Part shown: positions 18,154-28,582 of the stretch, one piece after another
How positions within the stretch are numbered: the stretch's first letter is position 1
Layout of the letters: the number at the start of each line of letters is the position of its first letter
Origin: Caulobacterales bacterium
GTDB taxonomy: Bacteria > Pseudomonadota > Alphaproteobacteria > Caulobacterales > Caulobacteraceae
Direction of reading: 5' to 3'
Assembly: GCA_947474805.1 (NCBI GenBank)
Contig: CANJKM010000001.1
Span: forward strand, 1-47,410
Length of the DNA stretch: 47,410 bases
Made by a program: the position numbers and the translations under genes
Notes under the pieces: generated by a model
The model's database searches: none
Seen by the model: the letters and a program-made list of their open reading frames with translations, nothing else
Told to the model about the DNA's origin: nothing

Positions 18154-19470
18154 ATGGCCACCGCCGTCGCCGCCCGCGCCAAGGGCAAGCCGCTGCTGGA
18201 GATCAAGGGGCTCAGCCAGACCTACGCCAAGGCGGCTGCCGACGACCTCCTGGTGCTGGAGGGCGTGGACCTGACCGTGCGCGACGGGGAGATCGTGGGG
18301 CTTCTCGGCCGTTCGGGCGTCGGCAAGTCGTCCCTGCTCCGGATCATCGCCGGCCTGACCCGGCCCAAGAGCGGCGAGGTGCGCTGGCGCGGGCGCCCGC
18401 TGGCGGGGCCGTCCGAGGGCATCGCCATGGTGTTCCAGAGCTTCGCCCTGTTTCCCTGGCTCACCGTCCTGGAGAATGTGGAGCTGGGGCTTGAGCCGCT
18501 GGGCGTCAACAGCGCCGAGAGGCGCTCCAGATCTCTTCAGGCCATCGACCTGATCGGTCTCGACGGGTTCGAGAACGCCTATCCCAAGGAGCTCTCCGGC
18601 GGCATGCGCCAGCGGGTCGGGTTCGCGCGCGGCCTCGTCATGCAGCCCGAGCTCCTGCTGATGGACGAGCCCTTCTCGGCGCTCGACGTCCTGACCGCCG
18701 AGACCCTGCGCACCGATCTGATCGAGCTGTGGTCGGAAGGCAAACTGCCCCTGCGCTCCCTCCTGCTGGTCAGCCACTCGATCGAGGAGGCGGTGCTGAT
18801 GTGCGATCGGATACTCCTGATCGCCGGCAACCCGGGCAAGGTCGCGGCCGAGATCCCCATCGACCTGCCCCACCCGCGCAATCGCAACGACGAGGCCTTC
18901 CGCGAGCTGGTCGACAAGGTCTATGGCCGGATGACCAATCCGAGCGGCCCGGCCGACAAGCCCAAGGCCCAGTCGGCGGGCATGGACCTGGTGTTGAGCG
19001 AGGTCTCCACCAACACCCTGGCCGGCTTCCTGGAGACGCTCGCGGCCGAGCCGTTCAAGGGCAAGGCCGACCTTCCCGAGATCGCCGACGAACTGACCAT
19101 GGAGATCGACGAGCTCTTCCCCATCGCCGAAACCCTGGCCCTGCTGAAGCTGGCCGAGGTGGACCGGGGCGACATCCGCATCACCGCGCCCGGCCGCCGC
19201 TTCGTTGAAAGCGACGTCGACGCCCGCAAGAAGATCTTCGCCGAGCAGTTGCTGGCCACGGTGCCCATCGTCGCCCTGATCCGCAGGGTGCTGGACGAAC
19301 GGCCGAGCCACCGCGCGCCCTACCGTCGCTTCTCCGAGGAGCTTGAGGACTTCATGTCCGAGGAGTTCGCCGAGGAGACCCTGGCCTCGGTCGTGTCCTG
19401 GGGCCGCTACGCCGAGCTGTTCTCCTATGACGAACAGGCCCAGGCCTTCAGTCTGGAAGACCCCGAATGA
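18154..19470 (+). CDS. ABC transporter ATP-binding protein with an extra C-terminal domain of about 190 aa
   Basis: Walker A GRSGVGKSS, signature LSGGMRQR and Walker B LLLMDEP. From memory, the extended C-terminus resembles the AAA-associated domain seen in this ABC subfamily. Confidence 0.9.
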   Translation: MATAVAARAKGKPLLEIKGLSQTYAKAAADDLLVLEGVDLTVRDGEIVGLLGRSGVGKSSLLRIIAGLTRPKSGEVRWRGRPLAGPSEGIAMVFQSFALFPWLTVLENVELGLEPLGVNSAERRSRSLQAIDLIGLDGFENAYPKELSGGMRQRVGFARGLVMQPELLLMDEPFSALDVLTAETLRTDLIELWSEGKLPLRSLLLVSHSIEEAVLMCDRILLIAGNPGKVAAEIPIDLPHPRNRNDEAFRELVDKVYGRMTNPSGPADKPKAQSAGMDLVLSEVSTNTLAGFLETLAAEPFKGKADLPEIADELTMEIDELFPIAETLALLKLAEVDRGDIRITAPGRRFVESDVDARKKIFAEQLLATVPIVALIRRVLDERPSHRAPYRRFSEELEDFMSEEFAEETLASVVSWGRYAELFSYDEQAQAFSLEDPE

Positions 19471-21509
19471 GCCTCTTCTCGCGCCGTCTGTTTCTCTATT
19501 CGGCCCTGGCGGCGGTCTCGGTTCCGGCCTGGGCCGCCGAGGAGACCTCGCTGGTTCCCGACCGGTTCGGGACGTTCGGGCTCGATCTCGCGGGCCGCAA
19601 TGTGAAGGTGAAGCCCGGCGACGACTTCAACGCCTTCGCCAACGGCGGCTATCTGGACGCCCTGGCCATTCCGGCCGACCGCACCGGCTATGGGGTCAAC
19701 TACCGGCTGTCGGAGCTGTCTGAGCGGCAGGTCCACGCCATCCTGGAGGAGGCAGCCGCCGGCAAGGCGACGGGCGCGGAGGCCCAGAAGGTCGGCGCCT
19801 TCTACCGTTCCTTCATGGACGAGGCGCGGGTCGAGGCCTTGGGGGCCGAGCCTCTGCAGCCCAGCCTCGCCGCCATCCGGGCGCTGGACACCCGGGCCAA
19901 GATCGCCGCCCGGATGGGCGAGGTGAACAAAGGCTATTCGGGCGGCCTGTTCGGCCCCTACATCGACGCCGATCCCAAGGACCCGGGCAAGTACGCGGTC
20001 ACCCTGTATCAGGGCGGGCTGAATCTGCCCGACCGCGACTATTATCTCAAAGCCGCCTTCGCCGAGAAGAAGGCCAAGTATCAGGCCTATGTCGAGCAGA
20101 TGCTGAGCCTCGGCGGCTGGCCGGTTCCCAAGCTGCGCGCCGCCCAGATCGTGGCGCTGGAGACCGCCATCGCCCGCGTCAGCTGGAGCCGGGTCGATCA
20201 GCGCGATCCGGAGCGGACCTACAATCCGATGATGGTGGCGGAGCTATCCCGATACGCGCCAGGTTTCCCCTGGCGCACCTTTCTGAAGGCCGCCGACCTG
20301 CCCTCGACCACGCGGGTGATCGTCAGCGAGAAGACCGCCTTCCCCAAGATCGCGGCCATCTTCGCCAAGACGCCGCTGACGACCCTGCGGGCCTGGATCG
20401 CCTTCACCCAGATCGACAACGCCGCGCCCTATCTCTCCAAGCCCTTCGTCGACGCCCGGTTCGAGTTCCGCTCCAAGGCCCTGTCGGGCCAGCCCGAGCA
20501 GCGTCCGCGCTGGAAGCGGGCGGTCGGGGCGGTGGACGGGACGATGGGCGAGGCCATCGGCCGGGTCTATATCGAGCGCCACTTCCCGGCCTCGGCCAAG
20601 GCCAAGATCGACGCCCTGGTCACCGATCTGCGCGTGGCGCTGAAGGCGCGGCTCCTGGCGCTGGACTGGATGAGCGCCCAGACCAAGGCCGAGGCGATCA
20701 AGAAGCTCGACCTGTTCACGGTCAAGATCGCTTACCCCGACAAGTGGCGCGACTATTCCAAGCTGGATATTCGGGCCGACGACATCTTCGGCAATATCGA
20801 GCGGGCGCAAGGGTTCGAGTGGGACCGGATCGTCGGGCGGATGAACGGTCCGGTGGACCGGCTGGAGTGGGGCATGACCCCCCAGACCGCCAACGCCTAT
20901 TACAACCCGACCTTCAACGAGATCGTCTTCCCAGCTGCCGAACTGCAGCCGCCCTTCTTCGATCCGGAGGCCGATCCCGCTGTCAACTACGGCGGCATCG
21001 GCTCGGTGATCGGCCACGAGATGACCCACGGCTTCGACGACGAGGGGCGTAAGTCCGACGGTATGGGGCGCCTGCGCGACTGGTGGACCAAGGCCGACAC
21101 GGCCCGGTTCACCGAGAAGGCCAAGGTCCTGGCGGCGCAGTATTCGACCTATGAGCCCTTCCCGGGGGCCAAGATCAACGGCGACCTGACCCTGGGCGAG
21201 AACATCGCCGACCTTGGCGGCCTGCTGGTGGCGCTCGACGCCTATCGGCTGTCGCTGAAGGGCGCGGCGGCCCCGGTAATCGACGGCCTGGCCGGCGACC
21301 AGCGCTTCTTCCTCGCCTACGCCCAGGGTTGGCGCGACAAGCGGCGGGAGGAGTCGGTCAAGCAGCAGCTCGTCTCCGACCCCCACTCGCCCGAGGCCTA
21401 CCGGGTCAACGGCGTGGTGCGGAACATGGACGCCTGGTATGCGGCGTTTGAGGTTAAACCGGGGGACAGATTGTATCTGGCGCCGGGGCAGCGGGCGCGG
21501 ATTTGGTGA
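19467..21509 (+). CDS. M13 family zinc metallopeptidase (neprilysin/PepO-like) with a twin-arginine-like signal
   Basis: HEMTHGFDD (HExxH) and GENIADLGG motifs. N-terminus MSLFSRRLFLYSALAAVSVPAWA. The ATG overlaps the ATPase TGA (ATGA at 19467-19470). Confidence 0.92.
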   Translation: MSLFSRRLFLYSALAAVSVPAWAAEETSLVPDRFGTFGLDLAGRNVKVKPGDDFNAFANGGYLDALAIPADRTGYGVNYRLSELSERQVHAILEEAAAGKATGAEAQKVGAFYRSFMDEARVEALGAEPLQPSLAAIRALDTRAKIAARMGEVNKGYSGGLFGPYIDADPKDPGKYAVTLYQGGLNLPDRDYYLKAAFAEKKAKYQAYVEQMLSLGGWPVPKLRAAQIVALETAIARVSWSRVDQRDPERTYNPMMVAELSRYAPGFPWRTFLKAADLPSTTRVIVSEKTAFPKIAAIFAKTPLTTLRAWIAFTQIDNAAPYLSKPFVDARFEFRSKALSGQPEQRPRWKRAVGAVDGTMGEAIGRVYIERHFPASAKAKIDALVTDLRVALKARLLALDWMSAQTKAEAIKKLDLFTVKIAYPDKWRDYSKLDIRADDIFGNIERAQGFEWDRIVGRMNGPVDRLEWGMTPQTANAYYNPTFNEIVFPAAELQPPFFDPEADPAVNYGGIGSVIGHEMTHGFDDEGRKSDGMGRLRDWWTKADTARFTEKAKVLAAQYSTYEPFPGAKINGDLTLGENIADLGGLLVALDAYRLSLKGAAAPVIDGLAGDQRFFLAYAQGWRDKRREESVKQQLVSDPHSPEAYRVNGVVRNMDAWYAAFEVKPGDRLYLAPGQRARIW

Positions 21510-21517
21510 TCCTCTAG

Positions 21518-21625
21518 CTCCCTCACCCTCCCCGCTTTCGCGGGTCCCCTCCCTCTCACCACCGGGGAGAGGGAAACGCAGCCCCGGTCCCTCTCCCCTG
21601 CGGGGAGAGGCTAAGTGAGGGGGAG
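21518..21625. repeat. REP-like composite palindromic element (two C/T-G/A hairpins nested in an imperfect outer inverted repeat)
   Basis: tccctctc (21550-21557) pairs with gagaggga (21567-21574). cctctcccc (21590-21598) pairs with ggggagagg (21602-21610). The outer pair is ctccctcac / gtgagggggag. Confidence 0.5.
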
Positions 21626-21709
21626 ATTAGAAAAGGCGCCTTCCACCGGGCTTGGCGGGGCCTGAAGCGCCGTCGTAGGCTCGCGCTCCCGACGAGGAGG
21701 ACACGCAAG

Positions 21710-22582
21710 ATGGCCGACGACATGGACCTGAAGACCAGCCAGCTCAAGAGCCTGATCCCGCCGACCGACGCCACTCGGCGGGGCCTCTTGGGCCTATCCG
21801 CCGGCGCCGGTTACGCCCTGCTGGTCCAGCCGGTCTCGGCGGCGACTATCGCCACCGACGCGAAGGGGCTGACGGCGGGCGACATTTCGATCAGAACGGT
21901 GGACCGCGAGATCGGCGGCTATCGCGCCTATCCGGCCGGCAAGACGGGGCTGGCGACCGTGGTGGTGATCCACGAGATCTTCGGGGTGCACGAGCACATC
22001 AAGGACCTGTGCCGTCGCCTCGCCAAGGCCGGCTATTACGCCATCGCGCCCGACCTCTACGCCCGCTATGGGGACGCGACCCAGTCTAGCGATTTCCGCA
22101 AACTGATCGCCGACATTGTCAGCAAGACCAAGACCGCGGAGATCAAGAGCGACATCGACAGCGCCCTGATGTTCGCTAAGGGCGAGAAGGCCAATACGGC
22201 CAAGCTCGGCGTCACCGGCTTCTGCTGGGGCGGCGGCCAGACCTGGCGCTACACGGCCATGACCCCGGCGGTGAAGGCGGCCTGTCCCTTCTATGGGCCG
22301 CTGACGGCCGATCCCAAGCCGTCGCCGGTCGAACTGGCGGCGCAGATAAAGGGCCGGGTGATGGGCTTCTACGGCGGCAAGGACCAGGGGATCCCCCAGA
22401 CCGACGTCGAGAAGATGCGCGCCGCGCTGAAGGCGGCGGGGGATAGCAAGAGCGGCGTCACCGTCTATCCGAACAGCCCGCACGGCTTCGTGGCCGACTA
22501 CCGCGACAGCTATGTCGAGGCCGACGCCAAGGACGCCTGGGGCAAGATGCTGGCGTGGTTCAAGAGCCACGGGGTGGTTTAG
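21710..22582 (+). CDS. dienelactone hydrolase family protein with a Tat-type signal
   Basis: TRRGLLGLSAGAGYALLV signal, VVVIHEIFGV, and a GFCWGG nucleophile motif. SD GAGGAGG upstream. Confidence 0.88.
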   Translation: MADDMDLKTSQLKSLIPPTDATRRGLLGLSAGAGYALLVQPVSAATIATDAKGLTAGDISIRTVDREIGGYRAYPAGKTGLATVVVIHEIFGVHEHIKDLCRRLAKAGYYAIAPDLYARYGDATQSSDFRKLIADIVSKTKTAEIKSDIDSALMFAKGEKANTAKLGVTGFCWGGGQTWRYTAMTPAVKAACPFYGPLTADPKPSPVELAAQIKGRVMGFYGGKDQGIPQTDVEKMRAALKAAGDSKSGVTVYPNSPHGFVADYRDSYVEADAKDAWGKMLAWFKSHGVV

Positions 22583-22924
22583 CCGCCAAGCCGCCTTACC
22601 GAATGGCGCCCGCGTCGCGGCGCCGGACTCGAAAGCCTGCCTTGGGTCGACCGCATCGCGGTGAGATTGCGTTCGTCCATAAATGGGCCGGTCCAATAGC
22701 GCTTCTGCGGCCATTCGGAGGATGGCTCGCGATCTGAGACCTCGCTAAATATCAGGCGTGGGCGCCCGATTCGCTTCTTCGTTCGGCAGTATTCGACAAG
22801 TCGCCAGCCCTGCTGACCGGCGGGCGAAGACATTTGGAGATGGGAAGGCCGTTCGAGCCGTGGGCAGAGGCGTGGTCAGTATGAGGGCGATGTCCTGACG
22901 CCAGCCGCGCCTGCCACCGATGCG

Positions 22925-24922
22925 GTGCTCGGCGAGCAGCTGCGCCTGCAATCGGCCATCTTCAACAACGCCGCCTACGGCATCATCACCACCACGCCGG
23001 ACGGCGTCATCACCAAGTTCAACCGGGCCGCCGAGCGTATGCTGGGCTATTCGGCCGCGGAGATGGTGGGACGGCAGCCGCCCGAGATCTTCCACGTCCG
23101 CGAGGAGGTCGAGGGTCGCGCACGGCAAATCGGCGGGGAACTCAACTGGCCGCTCGAGCCGGGTTTCGACGTCTTCGTCATCAAGTCGCGGCTAGGGGCG
23201 CCCAACGAGTATGAATGGACCCTTGCCCGTAGGGACGGCTCCCGGTTCCCAGCGCTGCTGAACATCACGGCCTTGCGGGACGAGGAGGGCGAACTCGGCG
23301 GCTATCTTGGAATCTTCTCGGACATCACCGAACGAAAACGCGCCGAGGAAGAGCGCCGGGCGAGCGAGGAGAAGCTCCGGAACCTGTTCCGGATGGCGCC
23401 TCTGGGCATCGCCCTGACCGACCTGTCGGGCCGATACATCGAGTTCAATGACGCCTTCCTTGAAATCTGCGGCGGCTACGAACCCGACGAGCTTCGCGCG
23501 CTCGACTATTGGGCGCTGACACCGAAGAAATACGAGCAGGACGAAGCCTTTCAGCTGGCCTTGCTCGAGCGGACGGGCCGCTACGGCCCGTACGAGAAGG
23601 AATATATCCAGAAGTCCGGCGCGCTGGTTCCGCTCAGGCTGAACGGCGCGCTCGTCACGGGGAGCGATGGCCAGCGCTACATCTGGTCGATCGTCGAGGA
23701 CATTTCCGAGCGCAAGCGGACCGAGGCGGCCCTGATCGAGGCCAGGGTGCGGGCCGAGGAGGCGAGCCGCGCCAAGTCCGTCTTCCTGGCCAATGTCAGC
23801 CACGAATTGCGAACCCCCCTGAACGGCCTCATCGCCCTGGCCGAAACCCTGCTCAAGGACGAGATGACCGACCGCCAGCGCGAGATGGTCGACATCATCC
23901 GCAGCTCCAGCGTTTCGCTCGAAAGCATCCTCTCGCAGATCCTGGACCTGTCTAAGGTCGAGGCCGGGCGCGTGGAGATGGCCGCCCAGCCCTTCGACCT
24001 GGCCCGGCAGGTGAGGCAGGCGGCCGAGGTCCTGAGGCGGGCGGCTGAAGACAAGGCTGTCGAACTGATCATCGACGCGCCGCAAAGCGCGGCAGGTTGG
24101 TTCCTCGGCGACGCCGTCCGAGTCCGCCAGGTGGTGACTAATCTGATCGCCAACGCGATCAAGTTTACCGACCAGGGGCGCATCGTGGTGTCCGTGCGGG
24201 TCACCGATAGCCAGTCCCCTGCGGCGCCTTCCGAGGTGGTGATATCGGTCGCCGACACCGGCATCGGGATCGACCCTAAGGTGCTGCCGCGCCTCTTCGA
24301 GCGATTTACCCAGGCCGACGAATCCATCACCCGCCGCTACGGCGGGACTGGCCTCGGCCTTTCAATCTGCAGGGAGCTCGCCCAGCTGATGGGCGGCGAC
24401 ATAGCCGCCGAATCCATCCCTGGGCAGGGTAGCCGTTTCACCGTCAGCCTGTCCCTGATGCGCACCGAGCCTGCGGCGGCCCCAACGGCCGCGGCCGACA
24501 GGACCTTCGCCGGGGCGGAGGGATTGCGGATTCTGTTGGCGGAGGACCATCCGATCAATCGGCGCGTGGTGGAGCTGCTGGTGGAGCCGTTACAGGCCAT
24601 GCTGGTGATGGTGGAGAACGGGCAAGAGGCCGTGGACGTGTTCAAAGAGAAGCGCTTCGACCTCGTGCTGATGGACATGCAGATGCCGGTGATGGACGGG
24701 CTGGCGGCGACCCGCGCGATCCGGGATTGGGAACGTGAGCAGGGCCTTGGCCGTACGGCCATCGCCATGCTGACGGCCAACACCTTCGAGCAGCACCGCG
24801 ATCAGGCGGAAGCGGCCGGGATCGACGCCTTTCTGTCCAAGCCGATCACCCGGGAAGCGCTCTATGCGTCCATCGCCCGTCTCACCGGGGGCGCGGACGG
24901 CGTCGACGCCTCCGGGGCTTAG
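22925..24922 (+). CDS. hybrid sensor histidine kinase/response regulator with tandem PAS domains
   Basis: Two PAS-like segments, H-box FLANVSHELRTPLNG, HATPase (DTGIGI, GGTGLGLSICREL) and a C-terminal REC (DLVLMDMQMPVMDG). GTG is the first in-frame start. Confidence 0.88.
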   Translation: MLGEQLRLQSAIFNNAAYGIITTTPDGVITKFNRAAERMLGYSAAEMVGRQPPEIFHVREEVEGRARQIGGELNWPLEPGFDVFVIKSRLGAPNEYEWTLARRDGSRFPALLNITALRDEEGELGGYLGIFSDITERKRAEEERRASEEKLRNLFRMAPLGIALTDLSGRYIEFNDAFLEICGGYEPDELRALDYWALTPKKYEQDEAFQLALLERTGRYGPYEKEYIQKSGALVPLRLNGALVTGSDGQRYIWSIVEDISERKRTEAALIEARVRAEEASRAKSVFLANVSHELRTPLNGLIALAETLLKDEMTDRQREMVDIIRSSSVSLESILSQILDLSKVEAGRVEMAAQPFDLARQVRQAAEVLRRAAEDKAVELIIDAPQSAAGWFLGDAVRVRQVVTNLIANAIKFTDQGRIVVSVRVTDSQSPAAPSEVVISVADTGIGIDPKVLPRLFERFTQADESITRRYGGTGLGLSICRELAQLMGGDIAAESIPGQGSRFTVSLSLMRTEPAAAPTAAADRTFAGAEGLRILLAEDHPINRRVVELLVEPLQAMLVMVENGQEAVDVFKEKRFDLVLMDMQMPVMDGLAATRAIRDWEREQGLGRTAIAMLTANTFEQHRDQAEAAGIDAFLSKPITREALYASIARLTGGADGVDASGA

Positions 24923-24932
24923 GGCGCGCGCG

Positions 24933-26360
<1,428 letters not shown>

Positions 26361-26388
26361 CGGCTCAGCCTATTCTTCTTGTTCTGGT

Positions 26389-26739
26389 TCAAAACACGCT
26401 CACTTCGACCTTCTGGCCGACCGCGTTGGCGGTGACGATGAAGGGCTTCTTGCCGAAGCGGACGATGCGCATGATCACCGGCCCCTTGCCCTCGGTCAGG
26501 GTCAGGGCGCAGTCGGCGTTGGGCGAGGGAATATTCTCGGCGTAGGAGCCCTTGGTGTGGACCCCATAGCGGTTGAAGACACCGCCGTTCTTGTCCTTGT
26601 AGCTCTGGATCTTGCAGAGCAGTTCCCAAGCGGTGTCCGTGTCGGCGCTGACCGTCATCGGCAGTTCGGCCGCCATCGCCGGCGCGGCCATGAGGCCCGC
26701 GCCGACCAGTCCGCCCAGGAGAAGGGCGAGGCGCTTCAA
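26389..26739 (-). CDS. hypothetical small secreted protein embedded in the pnt operon
   Basis: Signal peptide MKRLALLLGGLVGAGLMAAPAMA/AE, two Cys, high GC3. The TTG start overlaps the pntAB TGA (TTGA). The stop lies 28 nt before the pntB ATG. Confidence 0.6.
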   Translation of the reverse strand: MKRLALLLGGLVGAGLMAAPAMAAELPMTVSADTDTAWELLCKIQSYKDKNGGVFNRYGVHTKGSYAENIPSPNADCALTLTEGKGPVIMRIVRFGKKPFIVTANAVGQKVEVSVF

Positions 26740-27056
26740 TGGCCTTTGTCCTTCTTCTTATACATGGCCAACATCCGCTGGGTGACCAGGAAGCCGCCGA
26801 AGATGTTGACGGCCGCGAGGCCCGCGGCCACGGCGCCGGACCCCTTGGAGATCCAGACATTGAGCGAGCCTTCGCCGCCGCCCTGGGCCGCGGCGGCCAG
26901 GAGGGCGCCGACAATGATCACCGAGGAGATGGCGTTGGTGACGGCCATCAGCGGGGTGTGCAGAGCGGGGGTGACGCTCCAGACGACGTAATAGCCGACG
27001 AAGACGGACAGGACGAAGATCGCCAGGCGGAAGACGGTCGGATCGACGGTTTCCAT
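26736..27056 (-). CDS. pntAB: NAD(P) transhydrogenase subunit alpha part 2 (membrane dII segment)
   Basis: 106 aa with three hydrophobic helices. Lies directly downstream of pntAA. Confidence 0.9.
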   Translation of the reverse strand: METVDPTVFRLAIFVLSVFVGYYVVWSVTPALHTPLMAVTNAISSVIIVGALLAAAAQGGGEGSLNVWISKGSGAVAAGLAAVNIFGGFLVTQRMLAMYKKKDKGH

Positions 27057-27060
27057 CGCT

Positions 27061-28194
27061 CTAGCCTTTCAAGCCGGTGTGGACCAAGGCGCCGTCCTTG
27101 GTGAGGAGGGCCGCTTTCAGGATCTCGTCGTCCCAGGCGGGGGCGAACTTGCCTTCCTTGTCGACCAGGAGGGCGCAGAAATTGACGAGGTTGCGGGCGT
27201 AGAGGGCAGAGGCGTCGGCGGCGACCTGGCCGGCCATATTGGCGATGCCGACGATCTTGACGCCGTTCTTGGTGACCACTACCTCGCCGGCCTTGGCGCC
27301 CTCGACGTTTCCGCCCTGCTCGACCGCGAGGTCGATGAGGACGGAGCCGGGCTTCATCGAGGCGACCTGGGCGGCGGTGACCAGGCGCGGGGCTGGGCGG
27401 CCGGGGATCAGGGCTGTGGTGATGACGATGTCCTGCTTGGCGATGTGGGCGGTCACCAGTTCGGCCTGTTTGGCCTGGTATTCCTTGGACATCTCCTTGG
27501 CGTAGCCGCCGGCGGTCTGGGCGTTCTTGAACTCCTCGTCCTCGACCGCGGTGAACTTGGCCCCGAGGCTCTCGACCTGCTCCTTGGTGGCGGGGCGAAC
27601 GTCGGTGGCGGTGACCACGGCGCCCAGGCGCCGAGCGGTGGCGATGGCTTGCAGCCCCGCGACCCCGACGCCCATGACGAAGACCTTGGCGGCGGCGATG
27701 GTGCCGGCGGCGGTCATCATCATCGGAATGGCGCGGCCATAGGCCTGGGCGGCCTCGATCACGGCCCGGTAGCCGGCGAGGTTGGCCTGGCTGGAGAGGA
27801 CGTCCATCGACTGGGCGCGGGTGATGCGCGGCACGAAGGTCATCTCGATGGCGGAGACGCCCGCCTTGGCGAGGGCCGCGACCAGGGCCTTGTCGCCGTG
27901 CGGATTGAACTGGCCGCAGACCAGGGCGCCGGACTTCAGCGACTTGATCTCGTCGGCCGAAGGCTCGCGGACCTTGAACACCAGGTCGGCCTTTTCCAGC
28001 GCGGCCTTGGCGGTCTTGGCGACAGTCGCCCCGGCGGCGGCGTAATCGGCGTCCGGGCAGGCGGCGGCGTCGCCGGCTCCGGTCTCGACCGAGACCGAAA
28101 AGCCCATGGCGATCAGCTTCTTGACGCTGTCCGGGGTGGCGGCGACGCGGGTTTCCCCGACATGTCGCTCCTTCGTCACGGCGATGGCGGCCAT
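27061..28194 (-). CDS. pntAA: Re/Si-specific NAD(P)+ transhydrogenase subunit alpha part 1 (dI)
   Basis: Alanine-dehydrogenase-like fold with the Rossmann motif VMGVGVAGLQAIATARRLGA. 377 aa. Confidence 0.93.
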   Translation of the reverse strand: MAAIAVTKERHVGETRVAATPDSVKKLIAMGFSVSVETGAGDAAACPDADYAAAGATVAKTAKAALEKADLVFKVREPSADEIKSLKSGALVCGQFNPHGDKALVAALAKAGVSAIEMTFVPRITRAQSMDVLSSQANLAGYRAVIEAAQAYGRAIPMMMTAAGTIAAAKVFVMGVGVAGLQAIATARRLGAVVTATDVRPATKEQVESLGAKFTAVEDEEFKNAQTAGGYAKEMSKEYQAKQAELVTAHIAKQDIVITTALIPGRPAPRLVTAAQVASMKPGSVLIDLAVEQGGNVEGAKAGEVVVTKNGVKIVGIANMAGQVAADASALYARNLVNFCALLVDKEGKFAPAWDDEILKAALLTKDGALVHTGLKG

Positions 28195-28294
28195 GAGCCC
28201 TCTAATGAGTTATGGGTCCGGGCGCTTGAGAGGCGCCGGTTACAATTGAACGTTGAGAGTTTTGTCCCCGGCTGTCCAGCCTAAGCGACGCAGG

Positions 28295-28531
28295 CTAGTG
28301 GCCGGACGTCTTGCTTTCCCGCAGGGCGAAATAGCCGACCACGGCGAGCAGCACGCCGACGACCGCCGAGGCGATGAAGCTGGCGTTGGCGCAGAGCCAC
28401 AGGATGAAGAAGGTCAGGACCGCGACAATGATCAGCGAGCCCCACTTCGACAGGGCGATAAAGCCGTGGAAGGTCGAAGCCTGTTCGGCGATGTCCATTT
28501 CGCCGCGGTGGTAGTCGTGAGCCTCGCCCAT
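28295..28531 (-). CDS. aa3-type cytochrome c oxidase subunit IV-like small membrane protein (COX4_pro_2)
   Basis: HDYHRGEMDIAEQASTFHGFIALSKWGS followed by a hydrophobic helix. 78 aa. The match is to the prokaryotic subunit IV family as I remember it. Confidence 0.8.
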   Translation of the reverse strand: MGEAHDYHRGEMDIAEQASTFHGFIALSKWGSLIIVAVLTFFILWLCANASFIASAVVGVLLAVVGYFALRESKTSGH

Positions 28532-28582
28532 GTCGCAATCCCCAATAGGTCAGAGCTTGGGAAGCTCAGAGCCCGTCCGCTA

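Noticed and set aside
21556-21774. 72-aa minus-strand ORF in the M13/DLH intergenic region
   Set aside because: It is a translation of the REP-like palindromic element (…SPQGRGTGAAFPSPRW) and overlaps the DLH start. It has no SD and no codon bias.
22579-22833. 84-aa minus-strand ORF downstream of the dienelactone hydrolase gene as a real gene
   Set aside because: It has weak codon bias, no SD, no recognisable motif and locally atypical GC. A neighbouring ORF fragment is in another frame. I treat it as a possible remnant (see findings) rather than calling a CDS.
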